In this document: positions 49,215 through 64,000 of the stretch, one piece after another
Layout of the letters: every line of letters begins with the position of its first letter
Numbering within the stretch: position 1 is the first letter of the stretch
NCBI GenBank assembly: GCA_963693365.1
Contig: CAVNZM010000016.1
Span: 6,741,029 to 6,805,028 of the forward strand
Direction: 5' to 3'
From: Amoebidium appalachense
Lineage: Eukaryota; Protista; Ichthyosporea
Length of the DNA stretch: 64,000 bases
Made by a program: the position numbers and the translations under genes
Notes under the pieces: generated by a model
Database searches by the model: none
Told to the model about the DNA's origin: nothing
What the model saw: only the letters and a program-made list of their open reading frames with translations

Positions 49215-50813
49215 CTACACATGCTCATCAAACAACATGGCGCTATCCATATCCCCCGACACCAGCTCAAACTCCAACACAGGCCCGGGCAAGTCACAAG
49301 GCCTCCCCACCTCTGCCATAGAATCTTCCTCCGCCCATGCAGACTCGGACGTGGAGTTCCACCCACACAAGGTGGTAATTGCCCCCACCTCCTCCCTCGG
49401 CACGGTAATATCCAACTGTTTCGCCTTTCCCTGTTTTGCTGTCGTTTGTTTTAGCATCGTGACACCACTGGTAGAAGAGCATATAGAGAGCCTACGCGTT
49501 GGTGTGGTGGGGGCGGTCACGGCGGTCACATCACTTGCTATGCTCTCACGCCTCTCCATGGCGTTCATATCGTCCGGAAACGTCTGGAACTGGGGAGTGA
49601 ACATGAGCAATGCCGATGGCGGTGGTGGTGATTGAAGCGGGGGTGGCACGAATGATGCCTGATTACTGACCGAGGGCTGAATTAAGGGCCCACCAAAGTC
49701 CAATGAGCGAGACCCTCGCACACCCAAATCATCCTCAGAATTACTAGACGACATAGTAAACGCCGTGAAGGGTGTGTCGAGCTCCTCAAATTGCTTGAAT
49801 ACCGAATCACCGAGTCCCCCTTCTGGGGACAGCGCGTCCTGGCCGAGTGCATGGGCATGTTGTGCCTTACCAACGTGAAACGATGTGTCCGTATGCACCT
49901 GTATTTGTGCCATTGGTTGCAGGTTCTCTGATGAGCGACCAGGGACGTGATAAGGCGTCGGAGACGAAGGTGGTGTTTGTTTCGAAAAGCGCCTCTTTAC
50001 AAGCATTCTCTCCGGTGGTGGAAGTACGCAGGGAGACATTGGTTCGCTGCAGTCAAACGTCGGAAGAATGGCAAGAACATCCTCGGGCACATCGTGTGCT
50101 GGAACCGCCGCAGGTGCCTTTTGCAGTAGCCGGTTTCTGTGTGCACGGTCCAGCTCCTGTCTCATTGCTGGGTCGACAAAGCGAAGAATGACGTCCAGTT
50201 GCTGCTGGATGACCTGCTGCTGGTCGTAGAGGTTGTTGCGTAGAGCATCTAGCTGCTTGTATGTTTTAATCAAACTGTCTTGATCGTCGCTGGGTGGCAA
50301 ATTCTGTGTGTTTCTTTCGGGGTTGCCTTGGGATGCGTTCGCAGTCTGAAAGATCGACGGTCGTGTATGGTGGGTGGTCTTGCTAGGATCCATAGACACT
50401 TGTTGTGGCGGGGTGTTTGTATGTGTGTGTAGCCACAATGCATGGTCTTTTTCTTGCTTCACAGCTGAGTCTGCGTAAGTTTGCGGTTGTGCGTGTGTTT
50501 GCGTTACTGAACCAGGAGCAGTGGTGAGACCAACACTACTTTGTTGGCTCGTGTCCCTTCTGTTCCAGGTTTGTTGTGTGATTGCATTCGTGCTAAAATT
50601 CCGCCCGTTTTTCTTCCCACCCCCCTGCCCCACTGTGTATCGTGGTTGTGCGCCCTTTCGCTGTGTCTGCAGCTTCGTTGGTTTTGTTTTCTTGGCCTTA
50701 GGCTGGTACTGATGATAGCAAAGCTCCTTGAATTTGGGTGGGGGGGGCTGCGTGTCTTTCCGGGGCAAGTCAGTGCCACAGGACTCGGCTAAAGTACTCG
50801 TGTCTGCATCCAT
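49215..50813 (-). CDS. Intronless 532-aa protein of unknown function (basic N-terminal motif, Q/T-rich region, short coiled coil, acidic/Ser-rich C-terminus; possibly a transcriptional regulator)
   Basis: 1.6-kb ATG-initiated ORF free of microsatellites; heptad-like segment LIKTYKQLDALRNNLYDQQQVIQQQLDVIL. No family recognised with certainty. Confidence 0.7.
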   Translation of the reverse strand: MDADTSTLAESCGTDLPRKDTQPPPPKFKELCYHQYQPKAKKTKPTKLQTQRKGAQPRYTVGQGGGKKNGRNFSTNAITQQTWNRRDTSQQSSVGLTTAPGSVTQTHAQPQTYADSAVKQEKDHALWLHTHTNTPPQQVSMDPSKTTHHTRPSIFQTANASQGNPERNTQNLPPSDDQDSLIKTYKQLDALRNNLYDQQQVIQQQLDVILRFVDPAMRQELDRAHRNRLLQKAPAAVPAHDVPEDVLAILPTFDCSEPMSPCVLPPPERMLVKRRFSKQTPPSSPTPYHVPGRSSENLQPMAQIQVHTDTSFHVGKAQHAHALGQDALSPEGGLGDSVFKQFEELDTPFTAFTMSSSNSEDDLGVRGSRSLDFGGPLIQPSVSNQASFVPPPLQSPPPPSALLMFTPQFQTFPDDMNAMERRESIASDVTAVTAPTTPTRRLSICSSTSGVTMLKQTTAKQGKAKQLDITVPREEVGAITTLCGWNSTSESAWAEEDSMAEVGRPCDLPGPVLEFELVSGDMDSAMLFDEHV

Positions 50814-51227
50814 GGTGAAAACAAACCGTTGAGAAATCTAAAACTAAATGTGAAGATCTACTTGAAGAAAAGGTACTTAACGAGTACCACACTAGTGACA
50901 ACGACTCGTAAACTTTCCACAATCAAGGAATTTAGTAATGAACCGTTTCTTTTTTCAAGGTAAGTTCGCAAACACTCTGTCTAAGGTTATGGGGGAAATC
51001 GTTGCAGCCCAGCTCGAATTATTGCCTGTTGTGTTGTGTGTTGAACGTGTGTTTGTTGCATGCACGGGACACAACGTGTGGTTACCCGACATGCCCAGAG
51101 TTATGCTTAGAGCATGGTGCAGAGTTCAAGTAGGAGTAGATCTTTAAAGATGTGTGCCAACTGTTTCATTAAGCAAAACTCTGTCCAAAAAAATGTGTAA
51201 CAACAGCAACTTCAAAAAAAGAAAAAA

Positions 51228-51258
<31 letters not shown>

Positions 51259-53328
51259 AATAAACACAACGGTCTTCAGTGCCTTCACTTCACTTCGGGT
51301 GTGTGCAGGGAAAACGAACCATATATGGAAGGTTGTGAGGGGGCTGGAATTACGGGAGAGCGAGGGGGGTTGCTTGAGTGCCGCCGTAGTATGTGCCAAC
51401 TCGCCCCACCTTCCCGTACTTGAATCAGCACAAAAATTGGTAAAAAACATCTTTCAAAACAAAATGGATGTTTTATCATAGTATATTCAGATTTACTCAG
51501 TGACAGACTGTAGACTTCCTGTTTAGTGAGATTCTCCAGAGTTAGGTGCGTGCAAACAATCGGATAACTCTCCCCCAGATCTACAGCCAATAGGAGGGCC
51601 GAACCAATCAATCCGAGCGGCGGGGCGCGCAGATATATCCGGGCTCAAGATCTGGCCAGCGAGTCCGGCACGGACCGATATCGATATCAAAGGATCTAAG
51701 TTATCGTAGTTGCACCAAAGAAGGAAAATTTTTCTAAAATGAACGTTCACATGGTTTTTCAATTATAGCACCTGGGGTTGGGTGTGCAAAATGACTTCTT
51801 ACCGGTTCCGGTTATGATCATGTGTGGATATTCTGATCCCTGCAGATCCCATGCACAATTGCACATACCGTGGATCCGATGGTATCACGCCCGGCCCCCA
51901 TGCAAATTTCGTAAAAATGTTTTTTTTCCTTTTTCTTGTGAAATTCGTGAATATTATTGCAATTACCCTTTGAGGAGATTCAGAAAGGTGTTCAAACCCA
52001 AGCCTCAAGTTGATTTTGGCCTCAACCTTTTGCCCAAAATGCGGAATGAAGAACTAAATATTTAAACAACTATTTGTTTGTTGTAAATCGGAGGTTGTTG
52101 GCATCTTATAATCCTCCAGATTTGGAGTTATGATAATTGGAACTATTATGAATTTTGCGATTCATTCGGAATATATAGGACCCACAGTTGAAAGATAGAT
52201 CTACACGTGTAATGGAGTCACATTGAGTTGGCGCCGTTTACATATAAAAAAACAGTCAAAGACACCATTGACACAAGTCGTTATTCATCAACCGCAATCA
52301 AGATTGATATTCAGAGTATAGAGTTGCCACTTGCCACCATGCACTGCCAGGCAAAGCTGCAACGCGCGGCGCAAGCTTGAGAGTCTATTATACACCTTGG
52401 ATCTTTTTGAATATGTTTGGATGCTGGGTGGGCCAATCGCGCAGTTTCCTACAACAGGTGCGTGCACCACAAATTACAGGTGGGCTGCTGCAACTACTTC
52501 AACTACTTCTGCGCTGCGTGAGTGGAGGGGTGGCTATTGGGTCGTCGAGGAGCTTTCCTTGTGGCTGCCGTGTTTTCAGCCTTCAGCAGTATGGCAATGA
52601 GTGGGTTTGCTTGCATGCATTCTGTAGTTGTGTTTTCCTGTGTGTCCTGCCACAACTAGGCCACCTTATCAAAGAGTTGAGACAGCTTCTGCGGGTTTTC
52701 TAGGGGACGGGCCCGTGCACGTGGGGATTGTTTTCTCGCTCGGCCGGATTTGGTCTGCATTGCTCTCACTTGCCTGCTGTGCCCCGGTAGGTTTTGAGGG
52801 GGGCCTGTTGGGGGGCAGCAGTAATGATGTCTTCTTGCGGAGTGTGGCCTGGTCATCATCGCTGCATATGACTAGTTGGAGCAAAATAGTTTCACGCGTA
52901 CACGTGCACTTGTACCTTTGCCCGCTGGTGTCCTTTGGTCACTTGTTTTATTTTTTATTTCATCACTGTGGCTTTCGAAGTCGGTTATTTTGGTGGTCAT
53001 GTAGCCTGTTGCCTGATCAATAAATCCCAGTCAAGAGAAAAATTACAGGGCCAACAAAACCCAAATTGTCAGAATTTCGAAGACACGTGGCATTATAGAT
53101 AATTTATGGTTAATTTGTTAAAGAATTTTAAACATAAGGTCGCATCTGGTGAAAGTGAGAGTTCTCACAGATACTTAAAACATTTAAAAATTATGGTTCA
53201 TAAATGGTTTCTCTATCAAGCTGTGCACAGGATTGTTATTTCTTGACTTAGCATTCAGTCAAAAAAAAGGCTTTCCGAATTTGGAATCCTCTTGAAAATT
53301 ACCGAGTCACAACCCCCTCCATGAAATT

Positions 53329-53363
<35 letters not shown>

Positions 53364-54737
53364 AAATTTGACATTTACATGCATGATCAAAAAATCCCAG
53401 TCAAGAGAAAATTTACAGCCATTGACCGGCCATGGCAAATGTATTCAAGTCCAGTCCAGCTAGGTCGTAATGCTGCTTCTGCATGCAGTTTCAGTATTAT
53501 ATGCACAAGCTATGGAAATTAGAAATGGCGTGATTTCTGGGAAGGGCAGTTTATCGATTTGGTGATTTAAAATTTGTGGTGATCACTGATATGCAATGTG
53601 CCATGCGCATGCGCATGCGCAGATGACGTGTTTATTGGTTAGATTTGCCACAGAATACGCGTTTCAAAAATGTGCACGGAAGGCTTGCACTGTGTATGCT
53701 CAAAGCGCTAATTAGGTGTCTGTTCTGCACACAAAAAGGCCTATAGAAAGCAGCTGAACCATACGCTCGTCTACTGTACCTGCGCATGCTATACAGGTAA
53801 ACTTATGCATCATTTGAGATAGCACTATACGTAGTGCGCATTCTTGACCCGCCACATCGGACAGATTTGCATCATGATCAATTTAAAGTAAACAAGTTTG
53901 TTGGGCCAATCGGGAGGCGCGTTTTGGTACAACACAAGCAAATTCCACTAGGCTAAATGAATACCACACAGATCTCCACACCCCCCATGTGCACATGGAC
54001 AGTTGTGCACGCCCAGAGCCCCTGCCGCCCTGCCGAGCTGTCGAGCGTCACCCTAAAGCATGAAGAAGTGAACAAAAATGTCCCTACATTGACTCCCTAC
54101 ATTTTTATAAACTTCTTCTAACTCTAAACTCAGTAGTTCATCATATGATAGTCGATCATCAAACTTGGCCCAGCTAGTGCTGTGTGCGATGATCATGTGA
54201 GCTCCCAACCTGGGACGACGTTTGTATTTTCAGCAGTCCCTTCCCTCGCCCAATCGAATACAAGCGGTGAACGAATGGGGCATATGTTTCAAACGGATGA
54301 TCTCTTGGCTCGTGCATCGATGAAGACTACAATATTGTGGCAGCGAAATCATAAATGCGATACGTAGTGTGATTATCGACATACAGGCTTGAGGTCGTGA
54401 TAAGATGCCGGCCGCGTGATCCGACGTGCCGAGGGAGTCGTTTCAGTTTTTGCATGTGTCCTTGTAGCCACGTCGGCCAGAGCCAGACCGCGAAGTACAG
54501 TGTCCGTCCGCGCCTAAGATCGTCCGCTGCTAAGATTCCGTATACGCCGATTTTGCCAAAATCTTTAGATTCCGTATATACGAGCCCATTTTCTGGATAA
54601 TCTGAGAGAAAATATATCCCCCCCCCCCCCCCCCCCCCCCCCCCCAAACAACAACAACAAAAAAACAAAAAAAAAAGCCTCCCCAGCCCCTCAGTTACAG
54701 AAGTTCAGAGTAGGCAGGGTTCCCCATAATGACTTTA

Positions 54738-56223
<1,486 letters not shown>

Positions 56224-56239
56224 TGAGGGGGGGGGGGGG

Positions 56240-57496
56240 TGTTGGAAGTAGAGTCCGCTGTGACTAGGGTCGTCGTGGCGCGCTTGGGCGCTGACCCGTT
56301 TTTTTACTGCTTTCAGTGTGTTAACTCCATGACTGAACTCCATGACTTAACTCCATGACTTAACTCCATGACTGAACTCCATGACTGAACTCCATGTCTT
56401 TACTCCATCACTGAACTCCATGACTGAACTCCATGACTGAACTCCATGTCTGAACTCCATGTCTGCACCTGGCAGAGACGTGGCTTATATACCCGTGGGG
56501 CAGCAGTCTGGAATGTAATCCGGATGCCAGGTGCTAATCGGATTGGTTACTTTCATTTAGAGATCTCTGGGACCAGTGAACCAATCGTTTGCAGTCAAAA
56601 CACAATTGGCAACATTCCTCAACTATGCAGATGTGCATGTGGTGATCGAGTGTCAGCGTGTGTCTGTGTACACGGAACCAATTGTAAAGCTAACATACAC
56701 ATATTGTGGAGTGAGCGTAAGTCTGCACTCCAACACCCCTACCCAATTGGAGAAGTGTACACACCACTGTAGAGAAGAGAGAGTGAGTGTGGCTGCTTGC
56801 AGGGTAGACCGGGGTGTGCATTCCACTGTGGTGCGTGCCCCGCCAATGAAGTGGAATACTTGACGTTGATGTCGCAGGCTGCTGCGGATGGAGTTTGTGG
56901 AAGCGAAAGTCTCTACTTCACGGAAATACGCTCGCGGGTGTAGGGTACAGCCTAGAAGTCGGTTTCTGGGCTCCTCCGTTCAAGGCGTCGTAGGGGACGT
57001 GAAGTTAGAGGCCGCGGTGTCGTGTCTGGGCCCATAACCCTGTTGGAAGTAGAGTCCGCTGTGACTAGGGTCGTCGTGGCGCGCTTGGGCGCTGACCCGT
57101 TTTTTACTGCTTTCAGTGTGTTAACTCCATGACTGAACTCCATGACTGAACTCCATGACTGAACTCCATGACTGAACTCCATGACTTAACTCCATGACTT
57201 AACTCCATGACTGAACTCCATGTCTGCACCTGGCAGAGACGTGGCTTATATACCCGTGGGGCAGCAGTCTGGAATGTAATCCGGATGCCAGGTGCTAATC
57301 GGATTGGTTACTTTCATTTAGAGATCTCTGGGACCAGTGAACCAATCGTTTGCAGTCAAAACACAATTGGCAACATTCCTCAACTATGCAGATGTGCATG
57401 TGGTGATCGAGTGTCAGCGTGTGTCTGTGTACACGGAACCAATTGTAAAGCTAACATACACATATTGTGGAGTGAGCGTAAGTCTGCACTCCAACA
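56240..57496 (-). mobile_element. Non-autonomous LTR retrotransposon (TRIM-like), copia/hemivirus-type primer site; LTRs 56240-56735 and 57041-57496
   Basis: Direct repeats bounded by TGTTGGA...TCCAACA; GGGGG on both flanks. On the minus strand, PBS GGTTATGGGCCCAG follows the 5' LTR and a purine-rich tract GGGTAGGGG precedes the 3' LTR; 305-bp non-coding interior. Confidence 0.9.
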
Positions 57497-57593
57497 GGGG
57501 GTAGAGTGTGTGTGTGTGTGTGTGTATGTGACGGTGTGACTGTGTCAGTGTGTGTACGTGTGTGTGTAAGAGAGAGAGCGAGAGCGAGAGAGA

Positions 57594-57632
<39 letters not shown>

Positions 57633-58137
57633 AGGAGGGAGCAGACGCTAGTGTGAAGAGAGAGAAAAAAGAGATAGAGATCTTCGGGCCGGAGGAGGAG
57701 GAGAAGGATGATCAGTGCGGCTGTAGTTTTTTCCAAAGACTGCGGCTATATTAGCCCGTCGACCAATCACTGAGTGACACTCAGGCACGGCCGCGGGCCG
57801 CCCACTATCAGCTGGCAGTTTTTATGTAACACCTACCGTGTGTGTCTGGATTTTTTCTTAGCATTCTATAGTAATAAAAAATTAATGTTATGTACGTATG
57901 GTAGGGAGGAAGAAAAGATTATTTGCCTTACTCAAGAGGCTCGTGTCGCATGTACACATGCCGTCGCGGGTAGATCTCTGGGGATTTTGTTGAACCAATC
58001 GATAGCGAGATGACCTCAGGGTGCTTTTAGATCCATATATTTTCAAAACTATTTTGTATTTTTTTGTTTTCGGTTCTAGGTATGAATCACGGGATCCTCT
58101 AAAACCCGGAAATATAGCAGCCTAAGTTCGAATATTT

Positions 58138-58801
58138 CTAACCCTTCACCTCGATGAGTAGCGCGGTTTTATTGGTTGCTGGTTTACTGTTAGCCCCAAT
58201 GGATCATAAGTAGCATAAATTGTTACTCATCTCGGTATCCCGGGAATTTTTGGAAAATGGCTCAACTAGGATGAGTAACATCTTAGATTACTCATGACCC
58301 TCCATCAAAGAACCACGCTTTTGTACCTTAAAAATGGTCATGTCGAGTTGATATTTTCCATGAACAAAGCAAATATATTGTTTTACCAAGGCCTAGCAAT
58401 AGAATATGGTGTATTATAGTACATCACTACACCGCAATACCATGATCATCATCCGCCGGCGGGTTTTTGGCTGTTTTCGTTCAGCCAAGGACTGCGCCTG
58501 GGTGATGCGCTCAATTGGTCTCGCCGCCGCCGCCTGGCCGCCCAAAATCACTAATTGATGAGTCACATTCTTGTGAGATGAGTAACTCTCTTCACACCTC
58601 GCTACCCCTTCATGATCGCTCATAGTAAACATCACAATAATAGACTTAAACACCCCAAAAAAAATTACAGGCGCGTGTTTATCCTGATAAGAGGTAACTT
58701 TTTTACTTAAAAATTTAAGCCTTTGGATGTGAGTGGAAAAAAATCTGAGCGCCTCAAAAATGAGTAACATCTATGTTACTCATTAAAACCATGGGGGTTA
58801 G
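58138..58801. mobile_element. Putative decayed MITE with piggyBac-like ends and repeated ATGAGTAAC motif
   Basis: Ends CTAA-CCC...GGG-TTAG with an imperfect inverted repeat extending to ATGAGTA; about eight motif copies in both orientations. Confidence 0.35.
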
Positions 58802-59696
58802 CAAACGAGTCACCTCGAGGTCGCCCCTCCGGCTGTGTCACACTTGTGTCGTTTTTTTTCTCTCTTTGTGACTTTCCCTCAAATATATATATAAGTGAAT
58901 AGGGCAGTGCGGAGGCAACTCTAGACAATTAGGTTAAAGACAAGGTTGGTGGCTTTTCCGCGCTTTGTTTGTTGTTGTAGGAAGTTGGTTTGGTGTGCAG
59001 TCAAAGAGGGGAGACGAAGGGATGAACAAGCAACGAAGAAGTTGCTTGTGTAGCGTGCTATGTTACGCCTTATGAGCTTTGAATGGTTGTGGCTTGGGTT
59101 AATGGCAGGGCCTCTGCGTGTGTGTGCGTGCGTTTTGCACCTATGTGAACGGCGTGCCCCACAAACACTTGCATGTTAACACAGAGACATCAGAGCATCG
59201 CAGGCACTTCGATAAGTCTACACATGGGCAGGTGTGCAAGCCCCCATGCACACGCACTCACCATTGCCACACACAGACGGACACACACGCGCGCACGCAT
59301 ACACATACACATCACACACATACACACATCACACACACACACACACACACACACACCCACATACACACAGACACACACACACACACGGACGGGCTCCACT
59401 TGTGATGCAGACTCTCTCTGTGTGCTCCTTTATTGCACGCATTATGTTGTCCATCTTAAATGTGTACTTCGTACCCTGTACCTCACTTTAAACCCTCAGC
59501 ACCCCACCTTTCCCCCCCCCCTCCCCCCCCCCCCCCCCCCCCCCTTCTCTTCTCTCTACCCACTCTTTAAAACATAACCTTCTCCCCCTTCCCCCATGTC
59601 CACTTCCACCCTCATCCCCCTGCCCTCCCTGACATACCCCCAACCATACCCTTCCCCCCTCTCCCCCACCCGACCGTGCGCGCGCGCACACACACA

Positions 59697-59735
<39 letters not shown>

Positions 59736-59743
59736 CCATCCCT

Positions 59744-63813
<4,070 letters not shown>

Positions 63814-63877
63814 GTATAAACCCCCCCTCCCCCCTGCCCCCTCCTCCCCCTCCCCCCCCCCCTCCCCCCCCCCAACA

Positions 63878-63929
<52 letters not shown>

Positions 63930-64000
63930 GAGAACAGACCTTGGTATGTGATTACGAACTGTTTGTCGTACACATGCTCTTCCCATCTCCTTCTCCCCCT

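Noticed and set aside
52288-54668. Short ORFs and a ~25-bp direct repeat (53023-53048, 53393-53418) in the AT-richer interval
   Set aside because: No recognisable domain, multiple stops and no splice-consistent model; at most decayed elements.
56323-56462. 13-bp repeat array as a possible CRISPR
   Set aside because: Head-to-tail repeats without spacers, inside an LTR, in eukaryotic DNA with no cas genes.

Overview
Eukaryotic, intron-dense genomic DNA saturated with (CA/TG)n, (CT/GA)n and long poly-C/poly-G tracts; nearly all ORF-track entries are microsatellite artefacts. Splicing the exons by hand gives six multi-exon genes: an RRM protein (3' part), TOM40, a CBM21 glycogen-binding protein, a Dbp2/Dbp3-type DEAD-box helicase, a membrane-anchored five-KH protein on the minus strand, and the 5' part of a VRG4/SLC35D-type nucleotide-sugar transporter. 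There is also one intronless 532-aa orphan ORF. The host may be a unicellular opisthokont (weak inference only). Main observations: (1) a dispersed ~565-bp non-coding element family with a fixed 3' end running into poly(C), many 5'-truncated copies, a covarying pseudoknotted RNA core, and sense orientation in every intronic copy I recognised; (2) two classes of 3' splice site, (CA)nCAG and TGATTGG..CAG; (3) a young copia-type TRIM with a half-tRNA-iMet primer site; (4) a duplicated 51-nt exon differing only at synonymous sites; (5) two diverged LINE 3' fragments, one ending in (CA)n. All coordinates, alignments and folds were done by eye.
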